NCBI GenBank assembly: GCA_036380955.1
Contig: DASVDT010000134.1
Coordinates: 12,571-76,570, forward strand
Origin: Candidatus Limnocylindria bacterium
Lineage (GTDB): Bacteria; Chloroflexota; Limnocylindria; QHBO01
DNA length: 64,000 bases
Direction: 5' to 3'
Shown: positions 1 to 10,299 of the stretch, in pieces
Layout: the number at the start of each line of letters is the position of its first letter
Numbering within the stretch: position 1 is the stretch's first letter
Translations under genes and position numbers: made by a program
Notes under the pieces: model-generated
What the model saw: only the letters and a program-made list of their open reading frames with translations
Told to the model about the DNA's origin: nothing
The model's database searches: none

Positions 1-56
1 GACAAGTGGTCATCACCTTTCGTGTGTGGCTTGCATTTGATGATTCATGCGGGTGG

Positions 57-1613
57 TCACGGCTCATCGATCGTGAGCACCGCGTGGAACTCGATCTGAT
101 CAGGTCGGGACGGAGCGCTCAGCCCGAAGCTCCCGACCTGCAAGAGGATATCGCGCGCGTCCTCCGGCAGCTCGATCCCGTCCCCCAGCAGCTCGACGAG
201 TGCGCCGACATCGACGTACACCTCGGAGCCGGCACGTGTCCCGGCGAGGTCGAAGGTGCGCGCGTAGTCGTCGCTGGCGGCGAGCGACGCGCCGCTTTCG
301 TGGGCCTCGATCGCCGCGCCGATGTCCTCCGCGCCGAGACCGAGAATGACGGTACCCTCGACCACCGCGTACGACATCTCGCCGATGTCGGGAATCGACA
401 GCGTCGTGATCGTCGTGCCGTCGACATCGGTCTCGTCGCTGGCGCCACCGATCGCGCCAAGCCGGTCCGCGACGCGCCCGAGCGCCTCCGCGGCGGCGTC
501 GGCATCCTCCGGTCGCAGCAGCAGCGTGCCGGTCGGCATGTCACCGTCGACGCCCGTGATGGCGACCCCGACCTCACGGTCGAGCAGCGGAAGAAGGTCG
601 TTGTCGATGTCGATCCCGAGCCCGAAGGCAGCGACCGCGCGGAGCGTGTCGAGGGTGCTGGCGATGTCCTCACCAGCCGGCGCCGAGCCGGCGGCGGCCT
701 CCGCGTCCTCGAGGATCCCGCGGAGCCCGAAGAGTGCCACTTCGGCGACCGTGTCCGACGGCATCCATTCGGCCAGCGTGCTCGGCTGCGAGCTTGCGGG
801 CGCCGCTGCAGCGGACGCATCGTCGGCCGCAACGAGCGGGGCACTGCCGCTCACGCGCAGGCCTTCGCGCTCGGCAACCAGCACCGCGCTGGCGGTCCGC
901 GCCTCGGCGACGTCGCCGTCGACGCCGGCCGCATCGGTGAGAGCCACGAAGTCGACGAAGGCCGACGCGAGGTGATCGGCCGGAAGCGCATCCATGGCTG
1001 CGCGGAAGTCGGCGCGATCGGCGAGCGAGTCCGCGCCACCGCTGGCGTCGATCACCGCATGCACCTCATCCACGGACGTGCCGATGACCAGCATCTCGTC
1101 GACGAAGGCGTACGTGGCCGTGTCGCCGACCTGGAGGTCGACGCCGCCGTACGACTCCGCCCTGAACGTCTCGTCGCTATCCCCCACGACCTCGGCGACC
1201 GATGCCCGTGCCGCCTCGGCGTCCCTGACCTCGGCGATGGCGACCGTCTGCATCTCGGCCGGATCGGCGCTGCCGGGGCGACCGGCGATGGCGACCTGGT
1301 CGCCGAGCCAGGGCTTGACCTGGGTTCGGTAATCGAGCCCCGACCCGCTGAGCAGGTTTTGGACGATCTGGTCGACCTTCTCGTCGAGACTGGCCTCGTC
1401 GGCGAAGCCGGGAAGCCGCCCGATCAGCCCGGACAGGTTCATCTGCTGGCCATTCGAGGGCTGGAGGTACAGGTTGACGTAGAAGGCGCTGTTCGCCGGC
1501 GCCAGCGCGGCGGCCCGATCGGCGCCGGCGGAGAAGAGGAACAGGTAGCCGGCCACGACCGCAGCGCCGGTGAGGCCGATGAGCGTGACGAGGGCGATGA
1601 CGAGTCGATGCAC
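57..1613 (-). CDS. N-terminally anchored or secreted hypothetical protein (possibly DUF3352-type)
   Basis: 518-aa ORF with GC-rich third codon positions. N-terminal hydrophobic helix LVIALVTLIGLTGAAVVAGYLFLF. Starts 2 nt after the ffh stop. No catalytic motif recognised. Confidence 0.6.
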   Translation of the reverse strand: MHRLVIALVTLIGLTGAAVVAGYLFLFSAGADRAAALAPANSAFYVNLYLQPSNGQQMNLSGLIGRLPGFADEASLDEKVDQIVQNLLSGSGLDYRTQVKPWLGDQVAIAGRPGSADPAEMQTVAIAEVRDAEAARASVAEVVGDSDETFRAESYGGVDLQVGDTATYAFVDEMLVIGTSVDEVHAVIDASGGADSLADRADFRAAMDALPADHLASAFVDFVALTDAAGVDGDVAEARTASAVLVAEREGLRVSGSAPLVAADDASAAAAPASSQPSTLAEWMPSDTVAEVALFGLRGILEDAEAAAGSAPAGEDIASTLDTLRAVAAFGLGIDIDNDLLPLLDREVGVAITGVDGDMPTGTLLLRPEDADAAAEALGRVADRLGAIGGASDETDVDGTTITTLSIPDIGEMSYAVVEGTVILGLGAEDIGAAIEAHESGASLAASDDYARTFDLAGTRAGSEVYVDVGALVELLGDGIELPEDARDILLQVGSFGLSAPSRPDQIEFHAVLTIDEP

Positions 1614-1615
1614 GG

Positions 1616-2953
1616 TCAGCGACCGAGGAGGGCGCCAAGCCCTCCTCCGAGGCGCGGCAGCTTGCCGCCGGAGAGCATCTTCATCATCTTCTGCATCTCG
1701 ACGAACTGCTTCAGCAGCCGATTGACCTCGGCCGTCGAGGTGCCGCTCCCCAGCGCGATGCGCCGCCGACGCGACGCCTTGATGATCTCCGGCCGCCGTC
1801 GCTCGTCGGGGGTCATCGAGTCGATGATGGCCTCGATGCGCTTCATCTGGCCCGAGTCGACGGCCTCCTGTGCCGCTCCGGCCATCTGTCCGGCCCCGGG
1901 GATCATGCCGACCAGCTGGCCGATGGGTCCCATCTTCTTGATCTGGTTGAGCTGGTCGCGGAAGTCCTCGAGGGTGAAGCGGTTCTCCATCATCCGCTTC
2001 GCGGCCGCCTCGGCCTCGGCCTGGTCGACGTTCTCCTGGACGCGCTCGACGAAGGTCAGGATGTCGCCCATGCCCAGGATGCGCTGTGCCAGGCGGTCGG
2101 GGTGGAAGGGCTCGAGGCCATCGGTGCGCTCGCCCGTCCCGAGGAACGAGACCGGGAGGCCCGTCGCCGCCCGGATGCTGAGTGCGGCACCGCCGCGCGC
2201 GTCGCCGTCCATCTTCGTCAGCACGAGGCCGCTGATCGGAAGCTTGGCGTGGAACGCCTCCGCCACCTTGACCGACTCCTGGCCGGTCATGGCATCCACG
2301 ACCAGCAGCGTCTCCGATGGCATGACCGATCCGGAGATGCGCACCAGCTCATCCATCATCGCGTCGTCGACGTGGAGCCGGCCGGCGGTGTCCAGGATCA
2401 TCACGTCGAGGCCCCGCTGCTTCGCGACGTCGAGGCCCGATCGGGCGACCTCGAGTGCCGGTGTGCCGACCGACCGCGTGTGGACCTCGACGCCGATCTG
2501 GTCGCCCAGCTGCACGAGCTGGTCGACCGCGGCCGGCCGATAGACGTCAGCCGCGACGAGGAGTGGCTTCTTGCCAGCCTTGCGGAGCCGAACGGCCAGC
2601 TTCGCGGCCGTGGTCGTCTTCCCGGAACCCTGCAGGCCGACCATCATCACGACGGATGGGCGGGCGTCGAGCCGCAGCTCGTGCCGCTCCCCGCCCAGCA
2701 CCGCGACCAGCTCGTCGTGGACGATCTTCACGATCTGCTGCCCGGGGTTCAGGCCGCTCAACAGGTCGGCGCCGACGGCGCGTTCGCGGACGTGCGCCAC
2801 GAAGTCCTTGACCACGCGGAAGTTGACATCCGCCTCGAGCAGCGCAAGGCGGATCTCCCGGAGCGCGACGTCGAGGTCGGCCTCGGTGATTCGCGCCTTG
2901 CCGCGAAGACGCTCGGTGATGCCCTGCAGGCGCGCAGAGAGGGATTCGAACAT
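1616..2953 (-). CDS. ffh: signal recognition particle protein Ffh
   Basis: SRP54 G-domain motifs GLQGSGKTTTAAKLA, DTAGR and TKMDGD. Met-rich M domain (MQKMMKM) at the C-terminus. Confidence 0.95.
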   Translation of the reverse strand: MFESLSARLQGITERLRGKARITEADLDVALREIRLALLEADVNFRVVKDFVAHVRERAVGADLLSGLNPGQQIVKIVHDELVAVLGGERHELRLDARPSVVMMVGLQGSGKTTTAAKLAVRLRKAGKKPLLVAADVYRPAAVDQLVQLGDQIGVEVHTRSVGTPALEVARSGLDVAKQRGLDVMILDTAGRLHVDDAMMDELVRISGSVMPSETLLVVDAMTGQESVKVAEAFHAKLPISGLVLTKMDGDARGGAALSIRAATGLPVSFLGTGERTDGLEPFHPDRLAQRILGMGDILTFVERVQENVDQAEAEAAAKRMMENRFTLEDFRDQLNQIKKMGPIGQLVGMIPGAGQMAGAAQEAVDSGQMKRIEAIIDSMTPDERRRPEIIKASRRRRIALGSGTSTAEVNRLLKQFVEMQKMMKMLSGGKLPRLGGGLGALLGR

Positions 2954-3009
2954 GAAGCAACCGATGCGGGAGTCAGGGCCGGCGCCGGGCGGCCGGCAAA
3001 CGGCTGCCC

Positions 3010-3015
3010 ATTCTA
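3010..3015 (-). promoter_or_regulatory. candidate -10 hexamer TAGAAT upstream of ffh
   Basis: Reverse complement of attcta reads TAGAAT, about 55 nt upstream of the ffh ATG, in an otherwise AT-poor spacer. No clear -35. Confidence 0.3.
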
Positions 3016-3046
3016 GGGGTCGTCGCCTCCGTGGGCAACGCGGCTT

Positions 3047-4039
3047 CTACCCGGCGAAGAGCCACTCCACGAAGGCATCCGGATCGAATGGCGCAAGCGC
3101 GTCGATCTCCTCCCCCACCCCGGCGAACACGATCGGCACGCCCAGGCGGTCCGACGCGGCCAGCGCCACGCCACCCTTGGCGCTCCCGTCGAGCTTCGTC
3201 AGCACGATGCCCGTCACGCCGACCTCACGGCTGAAGGCCTCGGCCTGGAGGATGCCGTTCTGCCCGGTCGTCGCGTCCAGCACCAGCAGGACGTGCCGCG
3301 GCTGGCCGGGCATGCGTCGCTCGATGACGCGCCGAATCTTGGCCAGCTCGTCCATGAGCTGCTGCTTGTTCTGCAGCCGTCCGGCGGTGTCGACCAGCAC
3401 GGCGTCGAGGTTGCGCGACTCCGCGGCGGCGACGGCATCGAACGCAACCGCGCCCGGATCGGCGCCGGGACGCTGCGCGATGACCGGCACGCCGACCTGC
3501 TCGCCCCAGATGCGCAGCTGTTCGACGGCGGCCGCCCGGAACGTGTCGGCCGCGGCCAGCGCCACGCTCCGCCCTTCGTTCACAAGCCGATGCGCCAGCT
3601 TGGCGATCGTCGTCGTCTTGCCGGTGCCGTTGACGCCGACGAAGAGGATCACCGATGGCGGTGCGCCCAGCTCGAAGTCACCCGACCCGACCCGGATCAG
3701 GCGGTCGCGGATCTCGGTGGCCAACGCGCGCCGCACGTCGTCACCGCTTCGGCCTCGGTCACTCGCGAACCGGGCGCGCGCCGCATCCACGAGCTCCAGC
3801 GTCGCCTCGGCGCCGACGTCGGCGCCGACGAGCGCCTCCTCGACCTCGTCCCAGGTCGCGTCGGTCGCGGGCGCGCCCCCGCCGAGGATGGAGCGCAGGC
3901 GGCTGCCGAGCCCGGACGGGCGTGCCCGCAGGCCCATGCCGGTCGGCTCGCGGCGTGGACGGGCCATCGTCATCGGCGCAGGCGGCTGTGGCGGCTCCTC
4001 GGGTGGCGGCTGCGGCTCCGCGCGGCGGCGTCGGAACAC
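3047..4039 (-). CDS. ftsY: signal recognition particle receptor FtsY
   Basis: GVNGTGKTTTIAKLA, DTAGR and TKLDGSAKGG motifs. Pro-rich N-terminal region. Directly follows smc. Confidence 0.93.
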   Translation of the reverse strand: MFRRRRAEPQPPPEEPPQPPAPMTMARPRREPTGMGLRARPSGLGSRLRSILGGGAPATDATWDEVEEALVGADVGAEATLELVDAARARFASDRGRSGDDVRRALATEIRDRLIRVGSGDFELGAPPSVILFVGVNGTGKTTTIAKLAHRLVNEGRSVALAAADTFRAAAVEQLRIWGEQVGVPVIAQRPGADPGAVAFDAVAAAESRNLDAVLVDTAGRLQNKQQLMDELAKIRRVIERRMPGQPRHVLLVLDATTGQNGILQAEAFSREVGVTGIVLTKLDGSAKGGVALAASDRLGVPIVFAGVGEEIDALAPFDPDAFVEWLFAG

Positions 4040-7000
4040 CTAGGCGCTCACCTCGACCGGCACGTCGGCAAGCCGGAGCGAGAGCACGCGGCTGACGGCA
4101 GCATCGGTCATGGTCACTCCGTAGATCGTGTCGGCCACCTCGATGGTGGCGCGGTTGTGGGTGATGACGACGAAGTCGATCGACTCGCTCAGCTTTCGCA
4201 GCGCCTGCGCGAAGCGGCCGATGTTCGCCTCGTCCAGGGCGGCGTCGACCTCGTCGAGGATGCAGAACGGTACAGGGTTGACGGTGAGCATGGCGAAGAG
4301 CAGCGCCACGCCCGTGAGCGCGCGCTCGCCGCCGGACAGCATCGCCAGCCGCTGAAGGCGCTTGCCCGGCGGGCGCACCACGATCTCGATGCCACCCGGA
4401 GCGTCACCATCGGCCTCATCGGCCAGCTGGAGGCTGGCAGAACCGCCGGCGAACAGGAGCTGGCAGTACTCGTCGAACTTCTCGCCGATCGCGCGGAAGG
4501 CCTCGTCGAATTGCCGGGTGATCTCGGCGTCGAGGGTCGCGATCAGCTCCTCGGTCGACCCTATGGCCGCGCGAAGATCGGCATCCTGGGTGCTCATTTC
4601 CTCCAGGCGGCCCGCGACCTCACGGTGCTCCTCCACCGCGAATGGGTTGACTGATCCGATCTGCGACAGCGTTCGGCGCACGCGGCGGAGGTCCGCCTCG
4701 AGCTGCTCGTCGTCGAGCGCATCGATCTCCTCCATCGGCGGCTCGGCATCGCTCTCCGGGAGGCCCTCGAGCGCCAGCTCCCGCTCGCGCCGCAGCGCGG
4801 AGAGTGCCTCGTCGCGGCGCGATGCCTCGATCGCGGTCGCCTGCGCGGCGCGCTCGAGCTCGGCGAGCCGGCCTCCGGCGCCGCCCTCGGATCGCTCGAG
4901 CTCGAGGATCTGGCGCCGGCGCGTGGCTCGCTCGGCTTCGGCCCGCTCCTGGGCGGTGGCGGCCTCGGCGTCGGCCGCGCGCGCCTCATCGGCGGCGGCG
5001 GCCTGTGACGCGCGTTCGACACTCAGCTCGTCGAGCGATCGCCGACGCTCCGGCAGCACGGCGCTCAGCTGAGCCACCCGCGCCTCGCGCAGGGCGCGGT
5101 CACGTCGACGCCCCGAGATCCGCGTCTCGAGCGCCTCGGCCGCACCACGCGTCGCGGTCCACCGCTCGCGTGCCTGGTCGCGACGCTGCGCGAGGGCGTC
5201 GCGGTCGGCGCGGGCCTGCGACGCAAGCTTCTCGAGCCGGCCGAGGTCGGAGCCGGACGGGTCGAGGGCCGGCTCCTCGGCATCGGTCGATGCCACCAAA
5301 CCGGCGAGCTCCGCGGCGGCGCGCCCCATGCGCTCCGAGTGGCGGCGGGTCGCCGCCTCGAGCGCGTCGAGCTCGTCACGCGCCCGTCGCATGGCGCGCT
5401 CGGCCTCTTCGTGGCGCTCACGTTGGGCGACGTGGCCGTCACGCGCCGCGCGCAGCCGCTCGGCGGCGTCATGGGCCGCACGCTGCGCCGCGGACAGGTC
5501 CGACTCCATGGCGCGAACCGCGTCCGCCAGCTCGCGCCGGCGCGCATGAGCTCGTGCCGCCGCGCCACCGGGCGCATCGGCTCGCCCGCGCAGGAGAATC
5601 CCGCGCGTGTCGGCGAGGTCGCCGTCGGCGGTCACGGCCGCCCAGCCGGCGGGCAGCGTCCGCCAACCGCGCATGAGCTCGTCGACCCCGGCGGCGACGA
5701 CGGTACGGCTGAACGCGAGCGGGGCGTCGATCAGGCCGATCCACTCGTCGAGCGTCCGGCTGCCACCCACCGCCGCGAGCGCGCGATCGCGGCCGTCGCC
5801 CTCGCCAGGGCCGCTGCCGAGCAGCCGTGCGGCGCCTCGGGCGCCGTTCAATGCCGTGCTCGGGTCGGCGTCGTGCCACAGCAGCGCCGAGTCGAGCTCG
5901 CCGCCGACGACCGCCTCGATGGCCGCCCACGACTCCTCGGGCGCATCGATCGCGTCGAGCAGTGTCGGCCAGCCCGCCGCAGCCAGGCGCCGACCAAGAC
6001 GGCTGCCGGCGTCGTGCGGCTCCTCGACCGCGGCCAGCTCGGCTCGGACTGCGCGCAGCCGCTCGGTAAGGTCCACGACGCGATGCCGGGTTGTGTCTGC
6101 CTCCGCCTGCGCGGCATCGCGCTCGGTCCCGGCACGTTCGAGGTCGCGCGATGCGGCCTCCAGCTCGCCGGCGGCATGATTGCGCGCCGCCTCAGCCGTC
6201 GCGACACGCCCGCGCGCCTCCTCGAGCGCGTCCCGCGCCGCGTCGTGCTCGCGCGAGACGGCATCGCGTCGGGCTCGGTGTCGCGCCGCCTCTTCCGACG
6301 CCCGCGCCGCCGCCGCGATCCGGTCGCTCTCGCGAGCGCGGAGCTCGGCGACGGCCTCCTCGGCCGCGAGCAGCCGTGCGTCGGCGGCGGCCAGCTCGGC
6401 GACGGCCGCGCGCCAGGCCTCTTCGGCGGCGGCAGCCTCGGACAGGGCCGGAGCAACATCGGCCATCGCCTCATCATCGGTTGCCGCCAGCGCGCGCTCC
6501 GCCTCGGCAAGCTCCATCGTTTCGCGCTCCACCGCGCTGGTGAGCTCACGCACGCGCGCTTCGACAGCCTCGAGCCGCCCCTCCGCCCGGATGACGGCCT
6601 CGCGCGTCGCCTCGCGGGCTCGCGCCGCAGCGCGCGCCCCCTCCTCCGCGGTCCAGTAGCGCTCCTCGGCCTGACGAATCGCCTCGCGCCCGGCGCTCTG
6701 CGACTCCCGCAGCGCGGCCAGCTCGGCCTCCGCGGCCGCGGCGGCGCGCCGTGCATCGCCCAGGGCCGCCCGCGCCGCATGTTCGCGGCGCTGATGCGAG
6801 GCCATGACGAGGCCCCTGGCTCGTGCGCCGAGCGTGTCGTGCTGCTGCTGATGCTCCGCCTGCAGGGCGAGGCGACGGACCTGCGGCTTGAGCTCGGCGA
6901 TGAGGTCGGTGACCCGCGTCAGGTTGTCGCGGGCCTTGCCGAGGCGGGCGGATGCCTCGTTGCGACGCACCTGGAGCCCCTTGACCCCCGCGGCCTCCTC

Positions 7001-7486
7001 GAACAGCTGGCGGCGCTCCTCGGGTCGCAGCGACAGGGCCGCATCGACCGTTCCCTGTCCGACCACGACCAGCTCGTTTGCGCCCAGCCGTCCCTCGCCG
7101 AGCAGCTCGACCACGTCGCGCAGTCGGGCCCTGGCACCATTGATGAGGTACTCGCTCTCACCGGACCGATACGCGCGCCGTCCGATGGAGACCTCGGCGA
7201 AGTCGATCGGCAGCCAGCCGTCGGCATTGTCCAGCGTGAGGACCGCTTCGGCCATGCCCTGCGGCTTGCGTTGCTCGGAGCCGGCGAAGATGACGTCGTC
7301 CGCGCGGCGAGTCCGCAGCGAGCGGTTCGACTGCTCCCCCAGCACCCAGCGCACGGCATCGGCCATGTTGCTCTTGCCCGACCCGTTCGGACCGATGACG
7401 GCGTTGACGCCCGGCTCGAACACGAAGCGGGTCTGGTCGGCGAACGACTTGAAGCCGTGGACGCGAAGCTCCTTGAGCCGGCTCAT
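4040..7486 (-). CDS. smc: chromosome segregation protein SMC
   Basis: 1148 aa. N-terminal Walker A GPNGSGKSN, long Ala/Glu/Arg coiled coils, C-terminal signature LSGGERALTGVALLFA and Walker B ILDEVDAALD. Confidence 0.95.
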   Translation of the reverse strand: MSRLKELRVHGFKSFADQTRFVFEPGVNAVIGPNGSGKSNMADAVRWVLGEQSNRSLRTRRADDVIFAGSEQRKPQGMAEAVLTLDNADGWLPIDFAEVSIGRRAYRSGESEYLINGARARLRDVVELLGEGRLGANELVVVGQGTVDAALSLRPEERRQLFEEAAGVKGLQVRRNEASARLGKARDNLTRVTDLIAELKPQVRRLALQAEHQQQHDTLGARARGLVMASHQRREHAARAALGDARRAAAAAEAELAALRESQSAGREAIRQAEERYWTAEEGARAAARAREATREAVIRAEGRLEAVEARVRELTSAVERETMELAEAERALAATDDEAMADVAPALSEAAAAEEAWRAAVAELAAADARLLAAEEAVAELRARESDRIAAAARASEEAARHRARRDAVSREHDAARDALEEARGRVATAEAARNHAAGELEAASRDLERAGTERDAAQAEADTTRHRVVDLTERLRAVRAELAAVEEPHDAGSRLGRRLAAAGWPTLLDAIDAPEESWAAIEAVVGGELDSALLWHDADPSTALNGARGAARLLGSGPGEGDGRDRALAAVGGSRTLDEWIGLIDAPLAFSRTVVAAGVDELMRGWRTLPAGWAAVTADGDLADTRGILLRGRADAPGGAAARAHARRRELADAVRAMESDLSAAQRAAHDAAERLRAARDGHVAQRERHEEAERAMRRARDELDALEAATRRHSERMGRAAAELAGLVASTDAEEPALDPSGSDLGRLEKLASQARADRDALAQRRDQARERWTATRGAAEALETRISGRRRDRALREARVAQLSAVLPERRRSLDELSVERASQAAAADEARAADAEAATAQERAEAERATRRRQILELERSEGGAGGRLAELERAAQATAIEASRRDEALSALRRERELALEGLPESDAEPPMEEIDALDDEQLEADLRRVRRTLSQIGSVNPFAVEEHREVAGRLEEMSTQDADLRAAIGSTEELIATLDAEITRQFDEAFRAIGEKFDEYCQLLFAGGSASLQLADEADGDAPGGIEIVVRPPGKRLQRLAMLSGGERALTGVALLFAMLTVNPVPFCILDEVDAALDEANIGRFAQALRKLSESIDFVVITHNRATIEVADTIYGVTMTDAAVSRVLSLRLADVPVEVSA

Positions 7487-8223
7487 GGGGCACCCGCTGC
7501 GGCCGCGTCCTCGGTGCCCGACGTCCGGGGCGTGAGCCCGGTCAGTGCGGCCTCGGCGGCCTGCTCCTCCGCGCGTTGCCGGCTCGAGCCGGCGCCCTCG
7601 GCCAGGGCCTCACCGTCGAGCCTCACCGCAACTCGAAACTCCTGCTCGTGCGGTGGCCCGGTCGTCTCGACGAGCTCGTAGACGGGCTTGATGCCCCGAT
7701 GGCGCTGCGTCCACTCCTGGAGGCGCGACTTCGCAGACTTCGGCGGCCCTTCGATCTCGGCCAGCGCGTCGAGCGCCGGCTCGAACAGCGCGGTGAGCAC
7801 GGCATCGGTCCGCTCGGCGCCGTCGCTCAACGACAGCGCCCCCGCCAGCGCCTCGAGGCAGGCGGCCAGCACGGACGGTCGGGTCGCCCCACCGGCCTCG
7901 GCCTCGCCGCGGCCCAGGAGGAGGTATCGGTCGAGACCGATGGAGAGCGCCATGGCGGCAAGCGCGTCGCGATTGACGAGCGCCGCGCGGCGTGCGGTCA
8001 GAAACCCCTCGTCCTCGTCGGGATAGCGCTCGTACAGCAGGCGGCTGACGGTCAGGCCGATGACGGCGTCGCCGTAGAACTCCAGGCGTTCGTTGTGCCC
8101 GGCGACGGCGGCCGGATTCTCGTTGAAGTAGGAGCTGTGAACGAAGGCCTGGCGGATGAGCTCCGGATCACGCGGGACGATGCCGAGGCGCGCACCCAGC
8201 TCGTCCAGCGGAGGAGCGTCCAT
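7483..8223 (-). CDS. rnc: ribonuclease III
   Basis: RNase III signature ERLEFYGDAV plus a C-terminal dsRBD-like region. 4-nt overlap with the smc start. Confidence 0.93.
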   Translation of the reverse strand: MDAPPLDELGARLGIVPRDPELIRQAFVHSSYFNENPAAVAGHNERLEFYGDAVIGLTVSRLLYERYPDEDEGFLTARRAALVNRDALAAMALSIGLDRYLLLGRGEAEAGGATRPSVLAACLEALAGALSLSDGAERTDAVLTALFEPALDALAEIEGPPKSAKSRLQEWTQRHRGIKPVYELVETTGPPHEQEFRVAVRLDGEALAEGAGSSRQRAEEQAAEAALTGLTPRTSGTEDAAAAGAP

Positions 8224-8235
8224 GGGCGGCTCCGC

Positions 8236-8478
8236 CTACTGCTGGTGCTCCTCGATGAACTCGACGGCGTCCGAGACCTTCTGGATGCGCTCGGCATCCT
8301 CGTCGCTGATCTCCATCCCGAACTCTTCCTCGAGACTCATGATGAGCTCGACCAGGTCGAGCGAATCAGCGTTGAGATCCTCGACGAACGAGGCCGTGGG
8401 CGTGACCTCTTCCTCGTCGACGCCGAGCTGTTCGACGATGATCTTCTTGAGACGCTCGAACGTGGTGCCGTCTGTCAC
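8236..8478 (-). CDS. acpP: acyl carrier protein
   Basis: [20 protein letters not shown] contains the phosphopantetheine Ser in a DSLD motif. I place the start at GTG 8478, preceded by GGAGGAG. The ATG at 8496 in the ORF track lies inside that Shine-Dalgarno sequence. Confidence 0.9.
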   Translation of the reverse strand: MTDGTTFERLKKIIVEQLGVDEEEVTPTASFVEDLNADSLDLVELIMSLEEEFGMEISDEDAERIQKVSDAVEFIEEHQQ

Positions 8479-8482
8479 GAAT

Positions 8483-8926
8483 TCAGGCTCCTCCACCCGA
8501 TCTGGAAACGCTTCCTAACACGCCATTCACGAGGCGGCGGGCCGCATCGCCGGCGTAGATCCGGGCGAGGGATACGGCATCACGCATCGTCTCCCCGCTC
8601 GGGGTCGCGGCGGAGTATAGCACCTCATACAGCGCGCTCCGGAGGATCGTACGCTCCACGCGACCCAGTTCCGCGACCGGAATCAGGGGCGCCTCGAAGG
8701 CGATCCTCGCGTCGAGCTCCGAGCGGTGCTCGGTCACCCCGTGCACGATGGCGGCAGCATGCTGGCGGGCGTCGGATGGCACCCCGCGCTCGTGACACAA
8801 CCGGTCGAGCGCTGCGTCCGCGCTTCCCGGCCGGAACTCGTCCTCGAACAGCGCCAGCAGCGCCAGTCGGCGCGCCAGCAGCCCCTGTCCGGCGCGCGGG
8901 CGCGATCGCCGCGACGAGGCGGTCAC
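8483..8926 (-). CDS. nusB: transcription antitermination factor NusB
   Basis: NusB-like [11 protein letters not shown] ... [12 protein letters not shown] ... [14 protein letters not shown] start at 8926 forms a GTGA overlap with the plsX stop. The track ORF is over-extended at its 5-prime end. Confidence 0.85.
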   Translation of the reverse strand: MTASSRRSRPRAGQGLLARRLALLALFEDEFRPGSADAALDRLCHERGVPSDARQHAAAIVHGVTEHRSELDARIAFEAPLIPVAELGRVERTILRSALYEVLYSAATPSGETMRDAVSLARIYAGDAARRLVNGVLGSVSRSGGGA

Positions 8927-9987
8927 GCGGTGCGCGTCCGCTCGCGATGGAGGCGCGCCGCGATCCGCGATCGCACGCCGCGGTGGGCCAGCGCCGGGTG
9001 CTCCCGCGTCCACTCGGCGATCAGGTCCGGCACGCCGGCCTTCGCCGCCTCGGAGCCGACGCGGATGGCGTTCTCGATCATGCGGGCCTTCGCGCGGCCG
9101 TGCGTCACGATGCTCACGCCGCGGACGCCGAGCAGCGGCGCGCCGCCGTAGCGCTCATAGTCGAAGCGTGCCTTCATGCGGTCGAAGCCCGGGCGCAGGG
9201 CGAGCAACGCGAGCGGCGCGATCGGTCCCTGCTGGAGGTCCTCGCGCAGCGCCCGGAAGATGAAGCTGGTGATGCCCTCGAAGAACTTGATGACCACGTT
9301 GCCGACGAAGCCGTCGCACACCACCACGTCGGCACGGTGCTCGATCATGTCGTGCGCCTCGACGTTGCCGACGAAGCGGATGCCCGCCTCGGCCAGCTTC
9401 TCGTGGGCCTCGCGCGCCAGGCTGTCGCCCTTCTCGACCTCGGCGCCGATGTTGAGCAGGCCGACGCGCGGATTGTCGACGTGCAGGACGTGCTCGGCGA
9501 AGATCGCCCCCATCGCGGCGTACTGGACCAGGTTCTCCGCGTCGGAGTCGACGTTGGCGCCGACGTCGAGCAGCATGACCGGGCCGGTCGGGGTCAGCAT
9601 GTGCGCTGGGAGCGCCGGCCGGTCGATGCCCTTGATGCGGCCCAGCCGGAAGACGGCGGCCGCCATGGTCGCGCCGGTCGAGCCGGCGCTGATGACGGCA
9701 TCGGCCGCCTCGTCGCGCACGAGGTCCGTGGCAACCACGATGGACGCCCGCGGCTTGGTGCGCAGCGCCGTGGCGGGGTGGTCCCCCATCTCGATCACGT
9801 CCTGCGCGTGGACGACCCTGACGTTGGATGGATGGCCCTTGCCGTACCCGGCGATCTCACGCTCGAGGCGCGCGGAATCACCGACGAGGATGACCTCGTC
9901 GGTGCTGGATGACGCGTAATCGATGGCGCCGCGGACGATCTCGTGGGGGGCGTGGTCGCCACCCATCGCATCGACCGCGATGCGCAT
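8923..9987 (-). CDS. plsX: phosphate acyltransferase PlsX
   Basis: MRIAVDAMGGDHAP N-terminus and full-length PlsX-like sequence. Conserved position downstream of rpmF. Confidence 0.95.
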   Translation of the reverse strand: MRIAVDAMGGDHAPHEIVRGAIDYASSSTDEVILVGDSARLEREIAGYGKGHPSNVRVVHAQDVIEMGDHPATALRTKPRASIVVATDLVRDEAADAVISAGSTGATMAAAVFRLGRIKGIDRPALPAHMLTPTGPVMLLDVGANVDSDAENLVQYAAMGAIFAEHVLHVDNPRVGLLNIGAEVEKGDSLAREAHEKLAEAGIRFVGNVEAHDMIEHRADVVVCDGFVGNVVIKFFEGITSFIFRALREDLQQGPIAPLALLALRPGFDRMKARFDYERYGGAPLLGVRGVSIVTHGRAKARMIENAIRVGSEAAKAGVPDLIAEWTREHPALAHRGVRSRIAARLHRERTRTA

Positions 9988-9993
9988 CGGTGG

Positions 9994-10197
9994 CTAGCGC
10001 TGGCCTTCGACCGGGGCGACCGGTTCGATCGCGACTGCCTCACGGCCGTTGTACCAGCCGCAGGTCGGGCACACGTGATGGGCGCGATGCAGCTCGTGGC
10101 AGTGCTCGCATTCGACCAGCGGGGGTGCGCTGATCGCGAGGTGCGCGCGGCGCTCGCCCTGGCGCGCCTTGGAAACTTTACGCTTGGGAACGCCCAC
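9994..10197 (-). CDS. rpmF: 50S ribosomal protein L32
   Basis: (V)GVPKRKVSKARQGERRAH start and CxxC...CxxC zinc ribbon (CEHCHE...CPTCG). GTG 10197 is preceded by AAGGAG. Confidence 0.9.
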   Translation of the reverse strand: MGVPKRKVSKARQGERRAHLAISAPPLVECEHCHELHRAHHVCPTCGWYNGREAVAIEPVAPVEGQR

Positions 10198-10234
10198 GCG
10201 GAAACTCCTTGACCGATACGAACGGGGACGCCGC

Positions 10235-10240
10235 AGTATA
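10235..10240 (-). promoter_or_regulatory. candidate -10 hexamer TATACT upstream of rpmF
   Basis: Reverse complement of agtata reads TATACT, about 38 nt upstream of the rpmF GTG. The same hexamer recurs in other leaders here. Confidence 0.35.
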
Positions 10241-10299
10241 CCCGGCCCCCCGCCGAGACGCATGAGACGCGCTCGGGTACGTGACGGAGCAGCGTGCCG

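Noticed and set aside
6-2543. 845-aa plus-strand ORF overlapping ffh and the upstream membrane protein
   Set aside because: It runs antisense to two genes with clear family motifs. Its sequence is low-complexity and Arg/Ala/Gly/Ser-rich. This is a typical high-GC shadow ORF.
5339-7681. 780-aa plus-strand ORF, plus many 70-300-aa ORFs on both strands inside smc
   Set aside because: All overlap the SMC reading frame, which has Walker A/B and signature motifs. The overlapping translations are Arg/Pro/Ala-rich with no motifs.
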